The position numbers and the translations under genes are program-made. A DNA stretch of 64,000 nucleotides. Source: Trichoplax adhaerens. Taxonomy: Eukaryota; Animalia; Placozoa. Positions 26,965 through 41,271 of the stretch are shown one piece after another (positions within the stretch are counted from its first letter, which is position 1; each line of letters begins with the position of its first letter). The stretch is taken from assembly GCF_000150275.1 (NCBI RefSeq), contig NW_002060945.1, positions 879,872-943,871 of the forward strand. Direction: 5' to 3'. The notes below the pieces were generated by a model. It was not told the origin of the DNA and did no database searches. It saw only the letters and a list, made by a program, of their open reading frames with translations.

Positions 26965-29154
26965 TTATGCCACAACACCATCTCCAAGGATATCATAGCC
27001 ACTAATGAGTCTATCATTAGATCTTCTGCACATTATGAAGACAGTACAAATCATGCATAATATCTAGAAAGAAATGAAAAATTCAATATTAAAATTTTAC
27101 AATCAAGATCTATAACCAAAGAATCGACCTTGATGCAAAAATATGCTATCAACATTTGCTTTCCAACCTGAATTGCGGCAAAAGAAGCAGCGACTGCGAT
27201 AATGATACCCATATCGTCATGAGCGACATTAAAGATCGCGTCGTGGCAACCCTAAATATTCATGGGATTATGAAATACATGCGTCACACTGGGGTCATTT
27301 AGTTCTAGCTTTTGAATAATAACAACAATCGTATAAACTCCATACCTCGATATAAATTATTTCGCCAGCTTGATTTCGTGGTAAAGATAGAGAATCATTC
27401 CCGCATCCAGAAGTTCTATTTTTGCAACAGCTATCCGGTACGGACGCAGGGTAAACATGATCAAATGGAGAGCTGGACCAATCGGTGTAGTTGTGGTTAC
27501 CACAGCAGTGAAACTACAATATAACAATCCATGGTAAGATTTCATCTATGCAGTATCATGATAATTTGACTAGAAAGAGCATTTGACAAATGTATTTCGC
27601 ACACGGTGCTAACACTAGGCATTATTCTTAGGTAATTCATACCAATTCCTGAATTTTATCAACGATTCTGTCGATGCCATGGTCATTATGTGTATCGTAA
27701 TTCTTGATGGCATTTTCTAAATCTTTACCAATGAAATCCGATATCTATTGCACATAACGATTATTTTTTATTTTAGCTTAATTAGTACTTGTAAAGTATA
27801 TAATATTAAATTAACAAGTTGTTCTTTAAACAAAAAACTCACATTCGATTTGAAGAAAACGCCCAAAGCAACTGCTGCAATTTCCATGGCAAAGATGGCA
27901 AACAGGATAAAGAAAAACTAAATACAAGTCGACATGAAATCAATTAAGTTGTGCTATATATAGAGACATTCATAGTAAATAAAAATAATACGCAATGTAG
28001 ATATACTGTACTACAATATCGCATATGATTTCTTATAGCTTCTTCTAGAAATCTGTTAATGCAAAACATAGATACGGTTATATTTCTTACCACTCCAAAA
28101 CATGCACGCGAATTTCTGCTCGCTGCACACCAACCAAGAACAGCACAGAAGAAAAATAGCACACCGACTCCGATAATGATGCCAAACGGCAATACAGTAT
28201 ATTGTTCATTTAAAACAGATGTATAGTCTCCATATACTCCCATCAAGTAACCACCAAAAACGATCAAGGCAACACCTACCAGCTACCAATAGCAAGATAA
28301 CACATAAATTAATTCTATCCAAGACGCATTGTAGATTAGTAGCAAAAGTCCCGTACTGCACTGCACTATAGAGAGTACAGTAGGTCATGAAAGACTGTAA
28401 TTTAAATATTTTTGATATCATGAATTTAGAAGGTGTAAAACTTTGGAGTGTGAAAATGCAGTCAAAAGAAGTGATAATTTTAATTATTTGCCTTGAGCAT
28501 ACTGTACTGTATACGTCAATCTGCGAGTACTCATCACAAAATGAGAAGAAATGCTGCATCATGATTTCCGATCAACTGGTTTTGTTTTAGAATAGGACGT
28601 AAGAGGTGTTAATTAATCAATTTGCTCAACTTTAAAAATTTTTGAAAACTTTTAAAATTGACTGTCTGCATTATTAGTCATACTGTTATTGCCTTGGATA
28701 CAGCAGAGTATACTTACACTGTACAGTACTACTGCACTATAACGTTAGTGTTCAAAAACATGGCATAACGTCGATTGCCACTCTAGCACTGTATTGTACG
28801 GTAAAGTACATTCTACATAGTCAATACAGTACTGTAAAGTATATGCAAAACTATGAAAAGTTTTACTTGCATAGTAAACGTTAAGGAAATTCGAGAAACT
28901 GTGTCTACGAACATATAGAAGATTTCATTAAAATTAGGCAAATAACATAGAAGCAGTTAATACGACATTTACATTACAGCAAATATTGGAAAAAATAAGT
29001 TGAATGACTAATTCGTCAATGTCTAAAAGAGCAATGGCATCCTGGAGAACATCAGTCAAGTTCAACTGTAATATCGTACATTCTGTCAACAGCTTACCCA
29101 TATTATTAGATTGAAAAAGCATAAGAAACATTTGGAACAATCTCTTTCAGCCAT
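26965..29154 (-). CDS. Tetraspanin, TSPAN3-like
   Basis: Exon 1 (29098-29154) is MAERDCSKCFLCFFNLIIW. Exon 2 is LVGVALIVFGGY...GWCAASRNSRACFG. The large loop has FHCCGNHNYTDW...VPDSCC...GC. The C-tail CRRSNDRLISGYDILGDGVVA* has a YxxL motif and resembles the TSPAN3 tail (CRRSRDPAYELL...). Confidence 0.9.
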
Positions 29155-29339
29155 ATCGACGCTTCAAGGAAAATTCTCTTTAAAAGTCAATCAATTATCA
29201 ACGGGAAATTGGATTTTAACTGCAAATTTTCAATTGTATCCAAGAATACTTAGATCTTGAATTTAACGAACCACCCGTAACTGTTAACAATAATAATAAA
29301 CGCTATCGTGAAGATGTAACCCGTATTTATCGGTACAAA

Positions 29340-29470
29340 TAGTGTAACGTAAGGTACTGTACTGAGACTGGTATCGCGCGGTCCACAATTTTAGCCTGGC
29401 TGACTTGCGCAATTCGAATTTTTGAACCAATCAGCTAACACCGGTTGTCTTGTAGCCAATCACAGATAAT
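29340..29470. promoter_or_regulatory. Paired CCAAT boxes (NF-Y-like) upstream of the tetraspanin gene
   Basis: aaCCAATcag (~29425) and agCCAATcac (~29454) about 30 bp apart, next to ggtactgtactg and a CpG-containing patch. Confidence 0.5.
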
Positions 29471-30675
29471 CACCCCATTCACATGATTTCAGCAAGACTT
29501 GGAACTAAAAATAGGGTTTGCGACTCGATGAGGTAATGCAGTAGATCTGCACTATAACTGTACCGTCATAATACAGAACCAAACCTCTGACCGATCTTTT
29601 GAAGACGTCCTATGGAATCTTGTTTGTTAAGCAATACGCTTCATAAAATATACATATTGAAGTTATAGTTAGTTATACTACGCAATAGCATGTCTAGTTC
29701 AGGTAAACAAAATAAAGAGAAATTCCAAAGCTTAACTGCGAACTGGTAGTTTCATTACGCTGTCAATAAATTCCTTTTTAAAATTTTGGAATTATGATTT
29801 TTTGAGGCTGAACCATATTGTGAGTTGCAGAACGTGATAGTATGATATTCGTGTTTTATGAAATACCAATTTCTCAGGCTTCATACGGAGTACGTTTGGA
29901 AATTAACGAAAGCAACCGATTAACTCATGTATCTAGACACTACGATTCATAGTCAGCAACTCTTAGGCAAAAAATTAGGACAAATTCAGGTACTTCCGAT
30001 TACCTACAGTAAAACCCTTTCGGCCGGTCCCAAACTATGTATACTGTACAATGTATAGTGCTCTCTCTCTCACACACTCCTAAGGTCTCTAGTGTACAGT
30101 GTACACTATCCTACAATATTTTGTAACTTCCTTCTTCTTCACTCCCGAAACCTGAAATCTGAAAATTTCTCTCCCGTTCAATTTAACTCTAACCCAAAAT
30201 CCAATTTTAACTCATTTGTTAAAGCCCGCTTCAATCAGCAATGTCGCAGTTTTATTGCAGCATAAAGGTACTTGTATTAGTGATATTCCTAGTAGTTCCT
30301 ACTACTCTGGCTACTAGCCGTACTTAGTGTGTGTTGTCATGGACTTGGAGATGGCGCCAACTATGCACTATGCAATGCGAAGAAAGTTAGTATAAAATAT
30401 AATATAAGCGTACTGTATTCTGTATACAGTATACCACATATTACTGTATACTATTAGTTTAAGACATGATATTGAATTTACAGCTGAAAAATAAATGTTT
30501 CACTTCTAAGGGCGTAGACGTCTACAATCGTTGGATAAAATACTAGCTATAGTGAATTACAACATGAGTCCAAATGAGTCATTTTTGGGGTCAAAAGACA
30601 GTATATAAAAAATATGATTTTATATTGTTTGTCTCTTAATTATGTCCTCTGGCAAACTTGCAATTTCAATACATA

Positions 30676-30728
30676 TTAGCACAGCAATTAGTATAGCTAT
30701 CAGCACAGCTATTAGCACAGCTACAGCT
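30676..30728. repeat. Short diverged 12-mer tandem repeat (ATTAGCACAGCT)
   Basis: attagcacagca attagtatagct atcagcacagct attagcacagct acagct. Confidence 0.7.
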
Positions 30729-33700
30729 GTACTAATATAATTTTGATAATTAATTATAGGAGCATTATAAATTTAATCGGTGCAATAGATTCCATAGCAA
30801 CACTTTAAAATTGATGAGTGATGGTCAATCAAAATATTGCGAACTTAGGTAAAAAAATCAAAATTAATCAACGTAAACGACGATCGTCGATATTTTAATT
30901 TCATGATTTTATTTGATTACAGTAATATGCTTAATGATACAGCGCAACAGTTTAGTATGTAAACCTCCGATAAGAGCTAAAGCTAAAAATATGTCATTAA
31001 TCAATAGATTGCTGCAATTACTCCTAATAAATAATTTTAAGCAATATAAATTCATAATACGCCTATTGCATTGGTCGTATAGTTTCTACGTGTTGCATAA
31101 ATATGTAGCTAAGAGATAAGAAAGATTTTTTAAGACTTATCCCCATTATATATTGTATGATAGATAACCAATGAAAATATTATCAAGCAGTATCGATATA
31201 GTGCAAATCCTTAGCTGCTCAATCACTAACTTTTGGAGAAAATATTTCTGATCTTGCTACATCACATAGTCACATCTATTGGTCTATGCAACTAAATATA
31301 AAATATATCAGCGTATATCGTAAACCTCAAAATTTTTGAAAGAAAAGATTATGGGGAAATACTTTCAATATTGCCGTTTCATTTATAAACATTGGAATTA
31401 TTAGAAATATTCAAAGTAAATTTAAAGATGGCTTAAAAAATGCTATTCAAATCCTTATAATTAAATTGCAAATATTGGAACATACTTTAAACGTTGCCTC
31501 GTAAAATAATTTTGAAGTTATTCGTTGTAATTAATTTAGATAAGGGTATATCTTTCAATACCCCTAAGATTCTGTAAAGAATAGTTTGATCATTGTTATG
31601 TCATCATAGATAGAATTGACTAATTACGTCGGTGCAAATATGAGATACAGCAAACGATTCAAAAATTCGCTAGATTTTCGACTACTTTTTCGCGAGAGAA
31701 CATCTAAAAGTTGCAAATTCATATTATATCTACACTGTCAATACTAAATATAACAATACGCTCTCAGTGCAACACAAGCTTCTCAAGAGTTAATTGCAAA
31801 TTTAGAACTAATGATTTAAATGTTGCTAATTTTCACATTCACATTGGATGTATTTACTAAAATTATAATCAATATAAATTATGAAGATGCATTATTAGTG
31901 GGAAATCTTTGCAAGAGACGGCATAGATTAAATTTAAATGACTAACCTAAATTAATAGTCATGCGATAAATTGACAGAAGAAATCCATTAAAGCATTAAT
32001 TGGTATTATTCATAATCATTTTACCATTAATATTATCACAATATGATCATTTTTATTTTATATCTATATTGATATTGTGTAAAATATCGTGTATTGCCGT
32101 ATAGAGGCGAATTAATCACTGACTTAGATTCACGATACTAATACATGCGATCAGTACTTCGATTGTAATGATGTAGTAAACTGAGACTTTATTCATAGCA
32201 GATTGAACAAATTCCTTACAGGTCATCATAGTATTTTATACACGTACATTAATCCTACTTAGATACAAATATGGATTTGTAGGCGTAAATAAGAGAAATA
32301 CATGTATACTCGTAGTGAAGCATAATTGCATTCAAGTAAATGCCACAATATCAATTAATACGTCTCTTACACTTGGAATTTAAAATCCTTTATTTAGAAA
32401 TGTGTATACAATGGAAAAAAAATTGCAACTCTTAACTATACCATAGATTTTAAATAATATATAATCATCCTTATTGCATTAAATTACAAAAAGTCAAATA
32501 AGTTTGTAACGGCTACCGTTGAGATTGTTTATGAATAATTATAATAAAGCAATATTCTCAATCATTTAGAACTTAGATCAATATTCTTTCCAGTTATTGA
32601 CTAGCGTGCTGCATTCATTGATGTCTATCTTTTATTCTTATTAGGACTGAAGAATATACGACATACACCCAGAAACTAGAGTAATTAACAGATTGGTAAT
32701 CAATAAAAATTTACTGTAACTACTGACGGTGGCTACGAAAAGTACTAGCTAGTCCAGGTAACATCAAATAATACAATTATAGACGGTCTATCTAATCATA
32801 TCCACCGTACAATGTAAATGAGAAAGTTTGATCAACTTTTGATTTACCATAGATCTGAAAGTTTATGGTCACTATATGAGTAATATTAATCATGATAAGA
32901 TCAGTGGCTATGATCACGGCGATAGCAGCTCGTATAATAATACGAATGCAGAGGGTACTAGCAGGATCGTAAAAGAAATAAAATATACATCTATTAAATG
33001 CATACGAACATGGATACCGATAATCTTTGTAGTGTTACGATATGTAAATATCGTTACATTTAATTATTGTAAACTATAGCTATTGATAAATAATAATCAT
33101 AGGTAATAATGAAGATTGACGTTGATATGTGCGAAATTATGATGGGCGATAATGAAAATAAATTAAGTTGGATGGTAGATGAAATTTGACTGTCAGTATG
33201 CCGTGTTGAGATCATATCACTTTGTAAGATTTATGGTAGTGCTAAAACAAACGGTATTAGTCTTGCAACATGCATCACTATAAAACTAATTTTCATTGTT
33301 ATCATCACTTTTAAAAAGTATAATTCCTGATCATGATCATTTGAAGTTGTTTGCGGTATAATGTATGGTTACTAGCTTCTATATCCATTACTCAGGGATA
33401 TTGCAGTTAAGTTAAGACACCATATTGACGTAATCAAAACACACTACAAAGTACAAGCTAAACTAGAGTGAATAGATCAATTTGCCTACAAAAAAATTCT
33501 TACAGCACTTGCGTCTTATTAATTATAGCTCAGGAAATAATCATTTTACTCTTAATGAAAGAGCTCAATGTATGACATCATTAAATCTTTATTTCGAATA
33601 GAAATAGACAAATCAATCAACAATTTCATACGAATAATGTTGATCAATAATTATTGACCACAGCGGGTGTGTAAAAGCAAAATAAGACAATACCTATTAT

Positions 33701-33734
33701 GAAACATTTGCTAATTATATTTATCTCAAGCTAT

Positions 33735-36455
<2,721 letters not shown>

Positions 36456-37638
36456 TATAAGTCGATATTTCTAATCACGGATTAACCGAGAATGGACTAC
36501 CAAGATGGCGGAAAGGGCAACAAAGTACAGTACGTGCTGTTCCTCAACTGCTTCAGCGACAGTACACGCTGCAGAGAGATCCGTTTGATGAGAAAGAGCC
36601 CTGCAGATTATAGTTGACCACCCGGATTGCGGCGTGGGTCAAACCACTACGCAAGCGTGATAGAATGATGAAACCACACATAGACTGTGTGTGAGGTAAA
36701 AAATAGTTTTCTTCATCAAACGAAAAGTACAGTACAGTACAGTACAAACTACTGTAGCCAGTGTACAGTACTACAGTATACTGTACTGTACTGCGCAGTT
36801 TCTAGAAGACCTCTATGGTAGTACAGATAGACCGTAAAGGTATTGAACCGAACCGAACCTTTCTCAGGTCTAATAGTACTGGTACAACTGTACTGTACAC
36901 TGTACAGCTGGTACCCTTACTATACTGTAGTCATACAGTACAGTACGGTACAGTGTACAGTACAGCGGTTGTTCGACAACGGCACATACTGTACTGTATA
37001 CTGTACAGTACAGTACAGTACGTTGCAGAGCTGGGTACAGTAGACTGACTACAGCACAGTAGGGTGACACGCTCACTCGCTCACTAACCAAACCTTCGAC
37101 AGGTGTAACTGTAAGTACAGTCTTTACGGTACTGGATGATTCGAGCACGTGCTGCGTACCACGCATACTATAGGCAGTACAGTACAGTATCGTACGATAA
37201 AAGCTGACGCTGTCTGGTCTTGCTGTGCGATGCAATCTTGCTCCTTCAAACACTTGTAGTTCTGTACTGTCCGTCAGTAGGCCATATGAACAAGGTGATC
37301 CTGTTGCTGCGCAATCTTGCAATGTCCAGTACCGTTTTAATAATGTACAGTACACTGTACTGTACTGTACGTTCGTGTGTAAAAACGACTGTACTGGGCG
37401 TAGCGGACCGAACCAGACCGGACTAGTCGGAAAAAGGACAGTACTAGACAGTACAGTACAGTACGCCGAACTCCTACTCTACTGGACGGGCGGACCGGAC
37501 TAGTCGTAAAAAGGACAGGGACACAGGGTACAATACTCAAGATAAACGGTACTGTACTCAATTTAGCGAATGTCCAAATCGTAAACAGTCAACATTTTGT
37601 CGTCCATCAAGTGATGTTAAATAGTTGAAAAAGTGATC
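36456..37638. promoter_or_regulatory. Bidirectional promoter ATP5F1A/HAX1
   Basis: Between divergent ATGs 36455(-) and 37639(+). Perfect YY1-like CAAGATGGCGG at 36501-36511 and the largest pentamer array in the window. Confidence 0.75.
36725..37560. repeat. Degenerate (CAGTA)n/(TACTG)n pentamer microsatellite with orientation switches
   Basis: Examples: agtacagtacagtacagtaca (36726-36746), tactgtactgtatactgtacagtacagtacagta (~36987-37020), tacagtacactgtactgtactgtac (~37346-37370). It accounts for the Y/C/T/V/Q-rich ORFs in the track. Confidence 0.92.
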
Positions 37639-39439
37639 ATGACGTTAATGGACGCTTTTCGATCATTCTTAGGGCTTGATGAACACAAATGGAATCCACA
37701 GTAAGTGATGCAGATCCATACAGCAAGCTAATTTCCTAACATACGTACCTCTGTAATTTTGACATCCATCGTATGTATGATGCAATGTTGAGATATTGAT
37801 TTTTTGTAAAAGCCCTCAATCAGTATCAGTCTTATTGTCTGACCATGACTAAAATGAAATACGTAACTGATGATGCAGTATGTCGGTAGAAAATATTACA
37901 ACTGATATCTTGATTGTATTCGTCATGTATTAATAGTAAAGTTGGGACACTGTACGCGTAAATCTGGATAAGTGATCAGTAGAATCAAATGACGATATTT
38001 TGCTATTGGTCAGTCATAGATTACAAGTATACATACGTCAATATTGTCTTAGTAATCCACAGCTCAAAATGGCAGAACTGCATTTGCTTGAACTGTACAA
38101 TGTTGTGTTTTGCTACTACTTCCCTAATACGACGTATTTCTAGAATTTATCTTGAACTTTGCAATTGGTTACCTTCGAATTGTAGCATGTTTTATAAAGA
38201 GCGAGCGAGCATTTTGAAAACATTTCCAATGATAAATAAATTAAATTAAAATTACTAGATACGCGTACACGTATGCTTGCTTTCTTACATTTGCAATAAG
38301 CAATCAATACTGCTGTTGGTGTTGTTATACTGTACAGCATCAGCTAGACACAATTTATAAAACGATCTGCCGTAATGACTACTTCATCAATTTTTGTTTT
38401 TCTCTTTTTGTACGTAGCGACATCAGGAATAGATTTGAAAATGAATTTAACCAAAATTTGTCCACTCTTGAAGAAGAATTTGAAAACCAAATGCGAATGG
38501 CAGATGAAATGTTGAAAGGTTTATTTTCAAATCGATTCTCCTTCCAAAACCCGATGGATGCTGAATCTGGTCAACCGGAGTCCTTCATTTTTTACGGTAA
38601 AGTAGATACAATGCATCTTGCATATCACAATTTAAATGGATTATGACTGTGGACCAACTCTGTGTAAGATGGTGCTACCTCAAAAATCGATTACATTTCA
38701 ATAATATACTACTGTAGTTGATGTATCATTTTCTAAATGCGTAATTATATGAACTGAGATATGTCTAAAACTCAATTGAGTAAGCATAAATGTTTCAAAT
38801 TTCGATATAGATGATGGCAATAATCAGCAAAACAATGGTAATTTAAGAGATCACGTACTGAAACCTGAATCGAAAAATGATCGCCTGAGTGCATTACCAC
38901 CACCAATTCAACAACATCCTCCTTCAGTAGATGGGAATGGAATATTCCCCAAAATATTTCGATTTAATCAGGAAAAGCAGGATATTGATTACGATGAAAG
39001 TGTACAAGACAATCGGCATTTATTAAAGGGTTTGATAGGCGATGAAAGTAATGGTCCTACCGATCTAAATCGACAACCAAAATCTTGGTTTTCTTCCAAC
39101 AGTATTTCCTTCTCTACAATTACTAAAGCAGACGGTAGCTCTGAGACAAAGCGTGTTGAACGAAATTCTAATGGAGACGAAGAAATTACGGTAACTCAGT
39201 CTTTCGGAGATCAGTCCTATACATATAAGAAACGTATCAAGGCTGATGGAAGCTCAGAAATTAACGAAGATTTTGTTAATGTTGATCAAGACAAAATGAG
39301 TGAGATTCGATCAAAGTTTTTTCCGAAACATTTAAACCAAGGAAAATTAAAAGATTCGGTTATGAAAGAGAGTACTGAAGATCGGACCTTTAAATCGATA
39401 CTATTTCCGAAGCTTGTTGACAGATTGTTTGATGATTAA
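37639..39439 (+). CDS. HAX1: HCLS1-associated protein X-1-like, 3 exons (37639-37700, 38418-38596, 38811-39439)
   Basis: The N-terminus MTLMDAFRSFLG resembles MSLFDLFRGFFG. LRDHVLKP resembles LRDSMLK. PKSWFSSNSISFSTITKADGSSETKRVERNSNGDEEITVT resembles PKSYFKSISVTKITKPDG..EERRTV.DSEG. Splice phases are consistent. Confidence 0.8.
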
Positions 39440-39499
39440 CTTCATTATAAAATATCATACTGAATTGGAGTTTTCTATGTTATAGAAAGCATGATTCGT

Positions 39500-41005
39500 A
39501 AGATTTATACATTTTTTGCCACCTTCTCTGAGGAAAAAGTACCCTTAATAGATTATTAATAGTAATAATTTATTTCTGACCGATTTCTTAAGTTGATGTT
39601 ACGTAAAGTTTCAGTCCTATGATGAGTATAATATTCTCTCATAGGAGAAGCATATGGAGCTACTTTCGATGAAAAAATTTATAAATCACTCTACAATTAT
39701 AGACAAAAACATTGATGGTTCTGTTTATAATCTTACATTTTGTACTTATCGATACATCACGCACGTCATTGAGAATGGAAAATGGCATATTGTAAAGATG
39801 AATATGAACCTGATTTACAATGTTATTTTATTAACACAACTAAATTTATTTCAATATGCATAGTGCATGTAACTCTATTCAAAATTCTATTTCAGTAGCT
39901 ACTCGCATAATCAGTACTAGATCGAAAAAAATAAATTCATTATGTCATTAATCATATTAAACTGTACCTTTGAGTAATAAAACGTGCTACAAGTAATTTA
40001 TACGATTTATGTGATAATTTCATTGAAAGTAATTGCAGAAAACTTTAACTGGAGTCAATCAATAAATAAACATTAAATAAGAATATCATATACAACGAAG
40101 GAAATATATCGATGATCTTGTTTCAGAAGTTAAACCGAAGCTACAAGTGTTAAGCTATATCAAGAAAATTGCTGTCCTGCAATAATATCTATCTACTCGT
40201 ATTTGTAGGTATTTTTACATATACAATATATATATATGTAATCAAGTAGCGTAGCATTCATCGAAAGAAAATATCTATGTCGACTACAAGAATCATTTGA
40301 TTAAACTAGATTTCTTACTCCTAAAGTATCGCAGTTCTATTATGCTGCCTCGAGAAATTGGTTGACATACGAGTACATTCCTACACTAACGGTAGGATTA
40401 ATGTTAACCACACTGCATGTCCAATCGTAAACCCAACAGTACTAATGAAGACCTTTATTCCGATTGGATTACACCCTACTAGAAATTAAAATTATGACTG
40501 TTAGATTTATACCTATACTACCTTCTATAAGGAAAAAGTATCCTTAAGAAATTATGTAATTGTTAATAATAGTAATTTATTGTCATCATTTTACGTCTTG
40601 TCACTTATTGATGCATAGTAAATTTGTATTGGGAGTGAAAGATGGTACTTATCATAGTATATAGATAAATGGTCAACCTAATTTGCTATATATTAGTTTA
40701 TTAACAGAACTGAGTATAATTCAACACTACATGATGTTTTCAATTCTATTTCAAATTCTATTTTACTGGTTATAATATAAAGGAAAGTAAATCTATACGA
40801 GATAATGTACGTAATCATTTCGTCGTATGTCATTGCAGAAGTTTTAACAACTAAGAATCAATCAATAAATAAACAGTAACATTGATGCATGTACGACGAA
40901 GTAAATCTATCAATGATCTTGTTTCAGAACCTTAAATTGAAAGCTTGAAGTATGTATTAAATTACGTATATCAAGTAAACGCCTGTCCTATAATGGCGTC
41001 TATCT
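39500..41005. repeat. Diverged tandem duplication of non-coding DNA between HAX1 and SIRT6
   Basis: Collinear matches: ccttct..gaggaaaaagta (39522 vs 40522), tctatt.aaattctattt (39874 vs 40745), caatcaataaataaaca (40056 vs 40859), atgatcttgtttcagaa (40112 vs 40913). Confidence 0.8.
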
Positions 41006-41079
41006 TATATTGGATATCGATGAATCTGCAAGCAGAATATGAGTACTGTTCTTTGGACGTAGGTGGATAAACTTTTAGG

Positions 41080-41271
41080 GGTACAGTAAGGAAATTTAGA
41101 ATTGATAGAGACATTGTACTGTTGGTCGAACTACGGTACCCAGCACTGTTTTACTGTACTATACTGTACTGTACAATACTGCAGTACTATGGGTTGCTAT
41201 GGGCACCTTAGAGAACAACTGGCAAATTTAAAAAATATTTTTCTCATTCATTCTTGAAATATGATTCAACT
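41080..41271 (+). promoter_or_regulatory. SIRT6 promoter region with pentamer array
   Basis: ttactgtactatactgtactgtacaatactgcagtactat at ~41151-41190, about 80-120 bp upstream of the ATG. Confidence 0.6.

Noticed and set aside
36582-36722. Firm call as RNase MRP RNA, U3 or C/D snoRNA, or hammerhead ribozyme
   Set aside because: No CR-I GAAAG/P4 partner for MRP, no U3 5' domain, no terminal D box and no CUGAUGA core. Kept only as an unassigned structured element.
36553-37561. Overlapping ORFs on both strands rich in Y/C/T/V/Q/S (up to 161 aa)
   Set aside because: They are translations of the stop-poor CAGTA/TACTG pentamer array in a promoter, with no protein-family signal.
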